A stretch of DNA of 64,000 bases from Nitrososphaerota archaeon (GCA_028867755.1 JAGWFT010000002.1:192001-256000); one strand, 5' to 3'. Numbered from the stretch's first letter, positions 39,789 to 49,806 are shown. Notes: generated by a model not told the origin, from the letters alone. Translations and numbers: made by a program.

Positions 39789-39947
39789 ATGGCGGCACGC
39801 AAGTCAACTCCAAGGAAGATCCGATTGATGAGTAAAATAAAACAAAATGCAGCAGTTCCGGCTTGGATAATAGTGAAAACAAAACGAAAGGTAAGGACAA
39901 ATCCGAAGAGGAGACAGTGGCGCAAAACAGACGTGAGAGTGGGTTAG
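39789..39947 (+). CDS. rpl39e: 50S ribosomal protein L39e (not in ORF track)
   Basis: Manual translation: MAARKSTPRKIRLMSKIKQNAAVPAWIIVKTKRKVRTNPKRRQWRKTDVRVG; abuts rpl31e. Confidence 0.95.
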   Translation: MAARKSTPRKIRLMSKIKQNAAVPAWIIVKTKRKVRTNPKRRQWRKTDVRVG

Positions 39948-40490
39948 TTGTCAGAGGAATCATTAGAGAGAATTTATACCATTAATTTAGGAAAAGTGCT
40001 GCTTTCTCCAAGCAACCAGAGAGCAAAACGAGCGATAAACATGATACGATCATTTGCTGTAAAGCACATGAAATCCGAAAGTGTAAAAATTGAAGAAGAG
40101 GTTAGCCACTTGGTGTGGGAGCGCGGAATCCGACATCCTCCAAGAAAGATCCGAGTCAAGCTCTCAAAAGATGACGATGGAGCTATCATAGTTTCAAAAT
40201 ATCAAGAAGAGAAAAAGTCAGGCGAAGAAAAACCAAAGAAAGATGAAAAGAAAACTGAAGAGAAGAAAATAGTAGAAGAAAAACCAAAAGAAAAGAAAGA
40301 GGAGAAAAAAGTATCAGAAGAAAAACCAAAGAAAGATGAAAAGAAAACTGAAGAAAAAATAGTAGAAGAAAAGAAGATAGAGGAAAAGCCAAAAAAAGAG
40401 GAAGAGAAGAAAGCAGTAGAAAAACCAAAGGTAAAGAAAGAAGAAAAGAAATCTTCAGAAACTAAATCTGAAAAGAAATCAAAAGAGTAA
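39948..40490 (+). CDS. rpl31e: 50S ribosomal protein L31e with long K/E-rich C-terminal tail
   Basis: ERIYTINL, RAKRAI, WERGIRHPPRKIRV; about 95-aa low-complexity tail. Confidence 0.93.
   Translation: MSEESLERIYTINLGKVLLSPSNQRAKRAINMIRSFAVKHMKSESVKIEEEVSHLVWERGIRHPPRKIRVKLSKDDDGAIIVSKYQEEKKSGEEKPKKDEKKTEEKKIVEEKPKEKKEEKKVSEEKPKKDEKKTEEKIVEEKKIEEKPKKEEEKKAVEKPKVKKEEKKSSETKSEKKSKE
40224..40354 (+). repeat. 38-bp direct repeat (93-bp period) within the L31e tail
   Basis: gaagaaaaaccaaagaaagatgaaaagaaaactgaaga at 40224-40261 and 40317-40354, encoding EEKPKKDEKKTE. Confidence 0.8.
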
Positions 40491-40493
40491 ATT

Positions 40494-41447
40494 TTATTCT
40501 ATTTGGTCTAATTCCAAGTCAATTTTTATGCTGGCATCTGGCTCGCTCCAATCAAGAACATTCTCCTTTGGAATCATTCCAAGAGGATCGTACTTGTCAA
40601 AACGTGTTTCGCCATCTATTGAAGTCAGCAAAACAACCTTTGATCTTTCTCCATTTGCAACAGACAAGCTGACTCGCGTGCTGTCATTGCTAAATATGCC
40701 GCTGACTGTACTCACCATAGAATTCAAAACACCTATTGGAACTTTGTTACCGCCTACTACATAGAGCAATGCACTCTTGATGCTATTTGGTGGTGCATCC
40801 TCGTAAAGCATCTTAATCGAATCTCTAAGTGATGTTTCAACATCTGGTATGTCTTTGCTTGTTGACAAGATGTTTGTTTTAGAAGGCAAGGATGAATTTT
40901 TCAGAGTGGACACAACATGCATCAAAGCACTGTTTGTGATAACATGACAGGCATCAGGAGTAAGATCTGGATTACTGTCAAGTAATGCATCGTTATCAAT
41001 GATTATTGTACAATCTGAATTTGCTTTCAGTCTCTTCAATGAAACTCCTGAGAAGAAAATTCTATCCTTTTCGAACTTGAATGGCATTATTCCAAATGAA
41101 AGTATGCTCTTTCCTAGTTCTTTGCCAATCTGGGATACCACCGGGGCTAAAGCAGCGCCAGACTTGCCTGCTAGGTTAGCTACAATCATGATTGTAGAAT
41201 AGGATTCTAGTCTTTCAGCAATAGAGTTTCTAACGCCAAGTGAGATGCCTCTGATGAGATATGCTGATGGATTGAGAATAGGACTTGTGTTTATCAAGAT
41301 CTTGGATGACTCGTGGTTTAGGTCCTTTGGGTCATGGCTTATTAGAAGACAATCGCATCCAAGTTCTTCCTTTATACTTGTAGCAATTCTGGAACCAGCT
41401 CCACCTAATCCAACAACTAAGATTGAATCTTGCATCTGAAATTCCAT
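40494..41447 (-). CDS. ftsZ: Degenerate FtsZ-family protein (thaumarchaeal FtsZ-like)
   Basis: VVGLGGAG (T1), MPFKFE (T5), IIDNDALL (T6); T4 decayed to AGKSG. Confidence 0.75.
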   Translation of the reverse strand: MEFQMQDSILVVGLGGAGSRIATSIKEELGCDCLLISHDPKDLNHESSKILINTSPILNPSAYLIRGISLGVRNSIAERLESYSTIMIVANLAGKSGAALAPVVSQIGKELGKSILSFGIMPFKFEKDRIFFSGVSLKRLKANSDCTIIIDNDALLDSNPDLTPDACHVITNSALMHVVSTLKNSSLPSKTNILSTSKDIPDVETSLRDSIKMLYEDAPPNSIKSALLYVVGGNKVPIGVLNSMVSTVSGIFSNDSTRVSLSVANGERSKVVLLTSIDGETRFDKYDPLGMIPKENVLDWSEPDASIKIDLELDQIE

Positions 41448-41521
41448 GACTCTTTCTTGCTTACAAAAATGATTAAAAAACTTTGTTGCTTAGTTTTGAT
41501 CCAAAGTTCGATCTAAAAAAT

Positions 41522-42790
41522 TTAGCTCGCAATCTGGCCATAAAGTGCATGTTTTGTGGCCCTTGTTATCTTAATTTGGACTCTCTGGCCCATCTTGACT
41601 TTGTCTTCTATTATTACTGGTTTGTATGCGTAGTTACGGCCCTTTGTGGTATTATCTGAGATCTCATCAAACAAAACCTCGCCTTTCCAGCCAACCCACT
41701 CTTGATTTCTCTCTTGAGCTATCCTGCTTACCATATCAAAAACTGTCTTGCTTCTCTGCATTATCTCAGAAACATCTATCTGGTCCATTGAGGCTGCTTT
41801 TGTTCCAAGTCTTGCGCTATATCTTGAGAGGTTGATGATATCAGGCCTAGTCTCTTCTATTAGGTCAACTGTCTGTTCAAAGTCATCCTCTGTCTCAGTT
41901 GGAAATCCTACAATTATATCAGTAGAAACTGTAAATCTACCGAATTTCTTTCTAAAAAGTTCGTTTGATTTTCTAAATACCTCTTCAGTGTGTCCACGTT
42001 TCATATCCTTGAGTACTTTGTTGCTGCCGCTTTGGACAGGAATGTGGATAAACTTGAAGACTTTGGGGCTTTCAAATGATTCTAGGAGACCTTCACGTAT
42101 TCTTGGCATGTACATTGGGTTCATCATTCCTACACGAATCATGAAATTATGCTCTATCTGTGATACGGCGTTGACTAGATTTGGAAGATCTGTTCCAATG
42201 TCAAAGCCATAACAGCCATTATCAGTAGATGTCAACCACACTTCCTTGCATCCATCCTCAACCTCATATCTTACCTGCCTCACAATGTCTCCCATCCTGA
42301 AGCTTTGGATCTCTCCTTTTGCTATCTTTGTCTGACAAAAAGTACACTCGCTCATGCACCCGCTAGCTATCTCAACTATCCCAATAGCGGAATTTAGGCG
42401 GACCTTTGGTAGTCCTATCTTTGTAATGTCAGAGTCTTCAAGTTCAATTCTTTTTTGACCTCTGAGTGTGGAATCAATTATCGCTAGAGTTTTTCCAAGC
42501 GAGTTTGGTCCAAGTAGACTTGCCTTTGGACTAAACTTTTCTACAGTTGTTGTCTCTGCCTTGGGAAGACAGCCAGCAACAACCAGTGGTTTGCTTCTCA
42601 ATCGTTTTATTCTGTGTACCATCTTGTCTGCGGTTGCATCCTTGACTGAACATGTTACAATAACATTGAGATCTGCATCTGATGGATTTTCTGCCAGTGT
42701 GTGACCGCCATTTACTACAAGCCCGCTGATCATTTCAGAGTCTGCAAAGCTTGCAGAACATCCGTAAGCCTCAACCCAAATCTTTGCCAT
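41522..42790 (-). CDS. mtaB: tRNA t6A37 methylthiotransferase (MtaB/e-MtaB radical SAM)
   Basis: YGCSAS, VTCSVK, CMSECTFC, IPVQSGS, DIIVGFPTETE, C-terminal TRAM domain. Confidence 0.88.
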   Translation of the reverse strand: MAKIWVEAYGCSASFADSEMISGLVVNGGHTLAENPSDADLNVIVTCSVKDATADKMVHRIKRLRSKPLVVAGCLPKAETTTVEKFSPKASLLGPNSLGKTLAIIDSTLRGQKRIELEDSDITKIGLPKVRLNSAIGIVEIASGCMSECTFCQTKIAKGEIQSFRMGDIVRQVRYEVEDGCKEVWLTSTDNGCYGFDIGTDLPNLVNAVSQIEHNFMIRVGMMNPMYMPRIREGLLESFESPKVFKFIHIPVQSGSNKVLKDMKRGHTEEVFRKSNELFRKKFGRFTVSTDIIVGFPTETEDDFEQTVDLIEETRPDIINLSRYSARLGTKAASMDQIDVSEIMQRSKTVFDMVSRIAQERNQEWVGWKGEVLFDEISDNTTKGRNYAYKPVIIEDKVKMGQRVQIKITRATKHALYGQIAS

Positions 42791-42791
42791 G

Positions 42792-44159
42792 CTATCCTAA
42801 TAATGAGTTGACTTCTTTTTCACTCATCAGTCCTTTTGATACTACAAGATGTCGTATGGTCTTTCCAGTCTTCAGAGACTCTTTGTACAAGTCTGCTGAA
42901 ACTAGATAACCAAGCTTTGGTGCAAGTAAGGTGACTATCACAGGACTGTTCTCAATATACTGACGAAGTTTCTGTTTGTTTGCACTAAGCCCTGCAACCA
43001 GATTGCGTGAAAATATTGGTGTAAAGTTCTTGAGCATGTCTGTTGATTCTAGCACTGCCTTTAACATTACAGGAAGCATCACATTGAGTTCAAACTGGCC
43101 TGATTGTACTGCAAGAGCAACTGTTGTGTCATTGCCTATTATGTTAAAGCATATCATGTTCATACATTCTGCAAGTGATGGGTTGACTTTACCTGGCATG
43201 ATAGAAGAGCCAGCATGAACAGCGGGAATTCCTATCTCAGATAGGCCAGCAACAGGACCAGAGGCCATCAATCTGATATCATTTGAAAATCTTCCAAGTT
43301 CAAGCGCTAGGTTTCTCAAAGTGGATGATACGTATGCTACTGCAAACCTGCTCTGCAAACCATATTGCATATCGGACTGTGGTTTAAGAGGAAGTTTTGA
43401 AACCTTTGCAAGCTCTGATATCGCAATAACTCTGTATCCCTTTGGTGTATTTACGCCTGTACCAACAGCAGTTCCGCCTAATGCTACATGTTCTAATTCT
43501 TTTTGTGCAACAAAAATTGCATCGCGTGCTTTTGAAATGGAAGTTGCATATGCAGCAAACTCTCCTCCTAGGGTGACAGGAAGAGCGTCCATCAGATGTG
43601 TTCTACCTATTTTTTGATAACTAGAAAACTCTTTTGCTTTTTTTGTTATAGTCTTTATCAATTCATCAAGTACTGGGATAACCTGTTTTATGTTGAAAAG
43701 TATTGCCACATGCATGGCGGTTGGAAATGTATCATTGCTTGACTGTGACATGTTTACATGATCATTTGGATGCAAGACCTTGTCACTTCCTTTCTTTTCT
43801 CCAAGAATCTCTAAAGCTATATTTGAGATCACCTCGTTTGTATTCATGTTAAATGCAGTACCAGCTCCAGAGTTGATTGGTTCTACGACAAATTGATTAA
43901 GAAATTTTCCTGCCAATATTTTGTCACAGGCCTTTACTATTCCATTGCCGCGTTTTGCATCAATTGCTTTTGTCTTTATGTTGGCAACAGCAGCTGATCG
44001 TTTTATCATAACAAATGCCATTATCAAATTGATGTGGGGTCTAAGACCAGTCACATGGTACTGGTTGATTGCTCTTGATGTAAAAGCACCATAGTATACA
44101 TCATCTGGAATCTTTACCTCTCCTAGAGAATCTCGTTCTATTCTGTATTCCACACACAA
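42792..44159 (-). CDS. Class II fumarase / aspartate ammonia-lyase
   Basis: HPNDHVNMSQSSND, GRTHLMDA, GSSIMPGKVNP, GQFELN. Confidence 0.9.
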   Translation of the reverse strand: MCVEYRIERDSLGEVKIPDDVYYGAFTSRAINQYHVTGLRPHINLIMAFVMIKRSAAVANIKTKAIDAKRGNGIVKACDKILAGKFLNQFVVEPINSGAGTAFNMNTNEVISNIALEILGEKKGSDKVLHPNDHVNMSQSSNDTFPTAMHVAILFNIKQVIPVLDELIKTITKKAKEFSSYQKIGRTHLMDALPVTLGGEFAAYATSISKARDAIFVAQKELEHVALGGTAVGTGVNTPKGYRVIAISELAKVSKLPLKPQSDMQYGLQSRFAVAYVSSTLRNLALELGRFSNDIRLMASGPVAGLSEIGIPAVHAGSSIMPGKVNPSLAECMNMICFNIIGNDTTVALAVQSGQFELNVMLPVMLKAVLESTDMLKNFTPIFSRNLVAGLSANKQKLRQYIENSPVIVTLLAPKLGYLVSADLYKESLKTGKTIRHLVVSKGLMSEKEVNSLLG

Positions 44160-44289
44160 CCTACCATAAAATTCCTAATATTCATTCGCATTTAAAAAAT
44201 TACAAAAACATCTCAAGTAGCAACCAAAAGTTCTACTTATTTTGGTGTTAAAACCCAATAGGTTAATATACTTATAAAAAAGATTCGAG

Positions 44290-45594
44290 ATGATGAATAA
44301 ACGATACAGTATACTGTCTATTGTTGCAGTAGCAGCAGTAACAGGAATTCTGTTCGGTAGCACATATTCAAACACTCAGATAGTAGCTGGTAACGCATTA
44401 GGCGTATCACCAGAGACAATTGACAAAGTCACACCACAGACAATTGATTCTGTCACTGCAAAAGATGTACAGAGCGTCGGTGGTCTGGTATTCAATATGG
44501 TCGGAGCGGACGCAATTCCACTAGATCAAGTTGCAACTGAAAAAGCAAATGGTCGAACCGTTCATGAGGTTACCTTGACCGCACAAAGCGTCGATCTGCC
44601 AATTCCTGGCGGAAAGATGTATCACGCAATGACTTTTAATGGCCAAGTTCCTGGTCCAACAATTAGAGTAACACAAGGCGATGTAATCGAAGTTACACTA
44701 AATGTACCATCAACTGAGCTAACAGGTCACAGCCTTGATATGCACGCTTCTAGAATCTCCGCAGTGCCAAACTTTGGTCCTGTGATGCCAGGCAAGTCAA
44801 ATACATATGCATTCATTGCAAACACTCCAGGTGCCTTCAAGTATCACTGTGAAGGTGTAGGTGTTATCGGTATGGACCAACACGTTCTTTCCGGCATGTA
44901 CGGAATGGCAATCGTTGATCCACTCAATGGATATCACAAACTCCTAATCCAGAGAACTGCGACACAAAACGGCCAAGTTGTACTAAACAATACGTTAGTT
45001 AGCCCAGCCGCATACGAGTTTACTTTGCAATTCAACCAACTCTACATCGATGACAATGGATCCTATAACCAGGATGCAATGTTCAAACACCAAACAACTT
45101 GGACTGTTGTGAACGGCAAACCATTTGGTTATGATCCAGTAGTAACAAAGGTGTGGAAAGGTGCTGGTGGTCAAAATGAAGCTGCCCCGTTAATTCTACC
45201 AGTTGGTCAACACATACGATACTTCGTAGTGAACCAAGGTAACATGCCATTATTCTTCCACATTGTGGGCGGACAAATGGATAGAGTTACACAAGGCAAC
45301 ATGGTACAAGCAATGGGCACTCAGACATGGAACATTGGTGGCTCACAAGATGCAATCATTGATGTAGTCTATGACGAACCAGGAGCGTATGTAGTAGTCA
45401 ATCATGACTACGCTGCAATATTCTCTGGCGCAGCTGCAGTCCAGCTAGCTCAAGCAAGTCCAGCTCCAAATCCATCGGATGCTGTACCTCCGGTTTCGAG
45501 TGTATCTGGAACAAGCATGCCACAGCAAACATTTGTTCACTGTGAATGTACAAACGATCGTGCTGCCCAACTAGGAAACATGACTGGACAGTAA
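44290..45594 (+). CDS. nirK: Copper nitrite reductase NirK (AOA type), N-terminally anchored
   Basis: HSLDMH, YHC, HVLSGM (T1/T2 Cu ligands), FHIVGG, VNHD. Confidence 0.88.
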   Translation: MMNKRYSILSIVAVAAVTGILFGSTYSNTQIVAGNALGVSPETIDKVTPQTIDSVTAKDVQSVGGLVFNMVGADAIPLDQVATEKANGRTVHEVTLTAQSVDLPIPGGKMYHAMTFNGQVPGPTIRVTQGDVIEVTLNVPSTELTGHSLDMHASRISAVPNFGPVMPGKSNTYAFIANTPGAFKYHCEGVGVIGMDQHVLSGMYGMAIVDPLNGYHKLLIQRTATQNGQVVLNNTLVSPAAYEFTLQFNQLYIDDNGSYNQDAMFKHQTTWTVVNGKPFGYDPVVTKVWKGAGGQNEAAPLILPVGQHIRYFVVNQGNMPLFFHIVGGQMDRVTQGNMVQAMGTQTWNIGGSQDAIIDVVYDEPGAYVVVNHDYAAIFSGAAAVQLAQASPAPNPSDAVPPVSSVSGTSMPQQTFVHCECTNDRAAQLGNMTGQ

Positions 45595-45672
45595 GTCCAT
45601 TAACCCAACTTTTTCCTTTTTTATTATAATCCCACACAATGATTATATTCTGTACCTGTCGGTCTTTCTTGC

Positions 45673-46605
45673 ATGAGTATGAATCAGACAGTTCTAATCT
45701 GTGATCAGGTTGATAAAATATTAAATGAGATCTTGCAAAAAAATGGTCTCAAGATTACTTACGAGCCAGAGATTACTCCTGAACAAATCAAGGAGAAGAT
45801 TGGCAATTATGAAATTGTGATAGTGCGAAGCAGGACCAAACTAACAAAGGATCTGATAGAACAAGCGTCCAAATGTAAAATAATTGCGCGAGTGGGAGTA
45901 GGTCTTGACAACATTGATGTTGACGCTGCAAAGACAAAGAACATTCGAGTAATTAATGCAGTGGAAGGCGCGATGAATGCTGTGGCAGAACTTGTCCTAG
46001 GATTGATGCTCTCTCTTGCAAGAGAGATACCAAGGGCGGACAGAGAGATACGAAATGGCAAGTGGCTAAAAAAGGAATTGATGGGCAGTGAACTTTCTGG
46101 AAAATATCTTGGAATAGTTGGACTAGGCAACATTGGAAAAAAACTTGCAAGACATGCAAAGGCTCTGAATATGAATATCATAGGATTTGATGTTATGCCT
46201 ATACCGGACGAATTCTCAAGGGAAGTGGGACTGATCAAGGCAGACTTGGACACTTTATTATCAAGTGCAGATTTCATATCATTTCATGTTCCATTTACTC
46301 CGGAGACATATCATCTTGTAAATGCACAAAGACTGTCAAAGATGAAAAAAACAACACACATCATTAACACATCAAGAGGAGAGATAATCAATGAAGAAGA
46401 TCTTTACAGTGCATTAAAGGAAGGAAAGATTGCAGGAGCAGCCTTGGATGTATTTGAAAAAGAGCCTGCAACAGGAAACAAACTTGCCACTCTTCCAAAT
46501 GTAATCTGCACTCCTCACATAGGAGCCCAGACAAGAGAAGCTCAGGCTTTAGCTGCAAATGTTATAGCAGAAAAGATAATAATGATTCTTCGTGGCGTAA
46601 TCTAG
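45673..46605 (+). CDS. serA: D-3-phosphoglycerate dehydrogenase (no ACT domain)
   Basis: RVGVGLDNID, GLGNIG, INTSRG, LDVFEKEP, TPHIGA. Confidence 0.88.
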   Translation: MSMNQTVLICDQVDKILNEILQKNGLKITYEPEITPEQIKEKIGNYEIVIVRSRTKLTKDLIEQASKCKIIARVGVGLDNIDVDAAKTKNIRVINAVEGAMNAVAELVLGLMLSLAREIPRADREIRNGKWLKKELMGSELSGKYLGIVGLGNIGKKLARHAKALNMNIIGFDVMPIPDEFSREVGLIKADLDTLLSSADFISFHVPFTPETYHLVNAQRLSKMKKTTHIINTSRGEIINEEDLYSALKEGKIAGAALDVFEKEPATGNKLATLPNVICTPHIGAQTREAQALAANVIAEKIIMILRGVI

Positions 46606-46607
46606 AC

Positions 46608-47372
46608 TTGGTACGCCTAGCGCTTGCAGTGCCTGTATTATTTCTGGTATGCTTTTCATTAGTTCCAGTCTTTGCAGATGTGAATACCTTTCCAGTTATT
46701 TTTGGTAGTACATATCAGGTAAATTACAACGCAAATGGAGTCAAGATACAAAGCATTGAGCCAAATCCGAAATATGATGAACTTACCGTGTCAGTTCAGG
46801 TTTCAAGCCCAAACGCATCTCTTGATCTCACAATACCTCGTGCGCTACTTGATTCAAAACAAAACAATAACGACATTCCGTTTATTGCAGTAATTGACGG
46901 GACACTGGAAAATATTGAAGAAAAAAATCCAACTGGCTCCACAAGAACAATCTCCATACAACTCACTCCTGACAATAAGCAAATTGAGATAATTGGTACA
47001 TATCTTGTTACACCTAAACAAAACAATGGCGGTACTACAGTACCATCTAACCCTTCATTACAAACTACTACAACAGAGTCAGACCAAACCGAAAATACCA
47101 CCCATGTACCAACTACGGCACCAACTCAGGTGCCTCCATCTACGACACAATACGTTCCTCCAACAACTCAAACAAACATAACGCAAGAAAATATGGGAAA
47201 CCAAACAAACACAGGACAAAATATTGTTTTCAAGATACCGTATCTTCCTAACATGACAATAAGTCTTAGTCCAATTGATTATGCTGTAATTGGAGCTATA
47301 TTGCTTGTTGTAATAATTGTAATTACAAGTGCTGCAAGAAAAAGGCCAAATAAAATTACAAAGAAACAATAA
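46608..47372 (+). CDS. Exported thaumarchaeal surface protein with Thr/Pro/Gln linker and C-terminal TM anchor
   Basis: Signal peptide; LTIPRALLD...IEIIGT beta domain; TM plus basic tail RKRPNK. Confidence 0.7.
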   Translation: MVRLALAVPVLFLVCFSLVPVFADVNTFPVIFGSTYQVNYNANGVKIQSIEPNPKYDELTVSVQVSSPNASLDLTIPRALLDSKQNNNDIPFIAVIDGTLENIEEKNPTGSTRTISIQLTPDNKQIEIIGTYLVTPKQNNGGTTVPSNPSLQTTTTESDQTENTTHVPTTAPTQVPPSTTQYVPPTTQTNITQENMGNQTNTGQNIVFKIPYLPNMTISLSPIDYAVIGAILLVVIIVITSAARKRPNKITKKQ

Positions 47373-47374
47373 GC

Positions 47375-48001
47375 CTAGATCTTCATTATGTTAGATTCTA
47401 AAAGATATTCTACTGCATGACCAAAATCATAATCTGAGATAGAACCGTTTGACCACCAGAGTGCATCATTTTTGAACCATGATGGGATAACCGTCATATT
47501 TTGCTCGTGATAGTTGTTTGTCTTGATAATTCCTGAATTGACAAGATAGGAAATATTCTCTCCAAATAATTTACTGGATGTCTGATTTTGGGCCCAAGAA
47601 CCTGCGACTGCCTTGAACTGTGGAGGGATTGCAATATTTTCTGTATCTACAATCTGAAAACTTGTGGTTACACTGGCTCCAGCGTATTGAACTTTGATAA
47701 AATATGTGCCAGGAAGAAAAGTAGTTCTATAAAATGGGACTGGTGCAGTGATATTTGAGACAGGCTTTGTAATTATCATGTCGATTGGAGATGATGACTG
47801 GTTTGATTGGTCCACTATCTCCAAAATTGCAGTACCTCCAGTAACATTTGAAACTATAACTGAAAAAGAAAGACTGTCGCCATATTGGTAAGTTGGCTTG
47901 CTTGTGACTATTGAAATCTGTGGTGATGCATATGACGTACTAACTAACCCCAGAAATGCTATTGATGCTATGAAGATCGATACAGCCATAAACTTCTTCA
48001 T
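47375..48001 (-). CDS. Exported protein with Ig-like domain and C-terminal W-W surface domains
   Basis: Signal peptide; TSKPTYQYGD...PGTYFIKVQY; IPSWFKNDALWWSNG repeat. Confidence 0.72.
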   Translation of the reverse strand: MKKFMAVSIFIASIAFLGLVSTSYASPQISIVTSKPTYQYGDSLSFSVIVSNVTGGTAILEIVDQSNQSSSPIDMIITKPVSNITAPVPFYRTTFLPGTYFIKVQYAGASVTTSFQIVDTENIAIPPQFKAVAGSWAQNQTSSKLFGENISYLVNSGIIKTNNYHEQNMTVIPSWFKNDALWWSNGSISDYDFGHAVEYLLESNIMKI

Positions 48002-48152
48002 ATAATCCGCAGCAATCTAATTTCATAATAGGGTTTTGGATTTTTCTAATGTTATCGCATTAGCTATGACTGTATGTACAGTCAAGTGTTGAACGCCAGA
48101 GAACTTTATTACTTAACAGAATATTAAGGGGTAATTTGGTAGTGCGAAGTAT

Positions 48153-48611
48153 ATGCTCAGTCATCAAGAACAAATCTGGCTGAAAATGTGGAAAGAAAAC
48201 TCTCCTGAGCTTAGAGCAAAAGCTGTAGAATGGAGAAAGCAGCACGCCCTGGAAAGAATTGAAAGACCAAGCAGGCTGCAAAAGGCAAGACAACTTGGAT
48301 ACAAGGCAAAGCAGGGAATTGTGGTAGTAAGAATGCGCGTGGGACGAGGTAACATGCGCAAAAAGAGACCTGTTGCTGGAAGAAGACCAAAACATCTTGG
48401 TGTATTGAGAATAAAACCAGCTCTTAGTATGCAGAGAGTTGCAGAACGCAGAGTTTTGGAAAGATTTCCTAACATGAAACTTCTCGGTTCGTATTATCTT
48501 TACCAAGATGGTGTCTATTTGTGGTACGAGATCATATTGGCAGATCCATCTCATAGACGAATATCTGCAGATAAGGAAATGCGCGGCAAAATTGCTGGCT
48601 TGAAGAATTGA
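48153..48611 (+). CDS. rpl15e: 50S ribosomal protein L15e
   Basis: RIERPSRL.KARQLGYKAKQG, RVAERR, LLGSYY, WYEIILADP. Confidence 0.95.
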   Translation: MLSHQEQIWLKMWKENSPELRAKAVEWRKQHALERIERPSRLQKARQLGYKAKQGIVVVRMRVGRGNMRKKRPVAGRRPKHLGVLRIKPALSMQRVAERRVLERFPNMKLLGSYYLYQDGVYLWYEIILADPSHRRISADKEMRGKIAGLKN

Positions 48612-49117
48612 AGATATTTCTTTTCTTAACTTTTGTACTTGTTTTGAGTTTGTCATCGGCGTTATTTTCAACTGAGGCTTTTGGCCAAGCAGTGAGTTTA
48701 AAAAACTTTAACCATCCTGGAATAAAATGGGGTTGGCCCATCAAGGCAGAACAATATGTATTTACGGTGAACACAACCTCGAACTATGATATGCAAAATG
48801 TAACATTTAACAAAGATGCCAAGACACTGACGTTTCTTGGCAACAGTTCTCATACTGGCAACATTGCAGAAATAGAGATACCGACTAACCTTATTGGAGG
48901 AAACTATACTGTTTATCAAGATGGCAATCAAGTCTCGCCTATCATACTGAAGAATGCAAATCTCACTACAGTGATCTTAAAGTTTAACGACACTGGAAAT
49001 GTAAAGACTGACGTAATAGGCACGACATATCTTCCAGAGTTTGCAGATATTGCCCCAATTGTCATGGTAGTTTCTTTTGGAATTTTGTTTCTGACTACGA
49101 AATACCGTAAAATCTAG
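48608..49117 (+). CDS. PEF(G)-CTERM sorted surface protein
   Basis: Signal peptide; C-terminal YLPEF, then TM and basic tail KYRKI. Confidence 0.78.
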   Translation: MKIFLFLTFVLVLSLSSALFSTEAFGQAVSLKNFNHPGIKWGWPIKAEQYVFTVNTTSNYDMQNVTFNKDAKTLTFLGNSSHTGNIAEIEIPTNLIGGNYTVYQDGNQVSPIILKNANLTTVILKFNDTGNVKTDVIGTTYLPEFADIAPIVMVVSFGILFLTTKYRKI

Positions 49118-49806
49118 TAATATCCATTCATGTAGTCTTCCCACATATTTGAACGCGTGGCAAACTTGTTGATCTGGTAAAATATTCCGCCGACTATTCC
49201 TGCTTGATAGCACGCATACAAGTAAACTTGAGAGTGTGTAGGGTCGTTATGTGTCAGGCTTAGGGCAATAATTGTGAAAAAAATGTATGTTCCAACAAAA
49301 GTGAAAACCCTACTTAGAAAGCCATCCATACCTACTATTCTCTTGGTCGCAGCTGCCATCATCGTAATGCTTGATACTATGAGAAACGTTAATCCGCCAT
49401 TTGCCTGGACGAATTCATTTGTCCATTGTAATACCCCTTCTTTCCAAATGGAGTCTTGTGGAGGATGAACTCCCCCATGGAGTGCAAATGAAACTGATGT
49501 GAATATTGAACCCATCATAAAGATGAACAAAAATATCTTGATTATTCCTCTCCTTGTAGGACTTCGAGGTGCTGTAGGTGACATTACTCGTTCTGCCATC
49601 TTGATTCCATAAAGTAGACCAATAAGAAAAGATGGAATGAACATCAAATCGATAATTATTGGAGCCTGTCTGATGGCTTTGTCAATGTCAGCTCCAAATA
49701 CTGTGGAGATTAGTATTGAAAGAGTGGCTGCTCCAACAAACATGCCAATATCTATCCAGCTTCTTTTGTGTCGAAGCTCAAATAAGTCAGGTCCCCATTC
49801 GTCCAA
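49114..49806 (-). CDS. Hypothetical polytopic membrane protein
   Basis: 230-aa ORF with about 6 hydrophobic segments. Confidence 0.65.
   Translation of the reverse strand: MDEWGPDLFELRHKRSWIDIGMFVGAATLSILISTVFGADIDKAIRQAPIIIDLMFIPSFLIGLLYGIKMAERVMSPTAPRSPTRRGIIKIFLFIFMMGSIFTSVSFALHGGVHPPQDSIWKEGVLQWTNEFVQANGGLTFLIVSSITMMAAATKRIVGMDGFLSRVFTFVGTYIFFTIIALSLTHNDPTHSQVYLYACYQAGIVGGIFYQINKFATRSNMWEDYMNGYY

Noticed and set aside
40200-40490. Purine-rich repeats considered as a CRISPR array or satellite
   Set aside because: In-frame coding repeats of the L31e tail; no unique spacers and no cas genes
48060-48671. 203-aa minus-strand ORF
   Set aside because: Antisense to rpl15e
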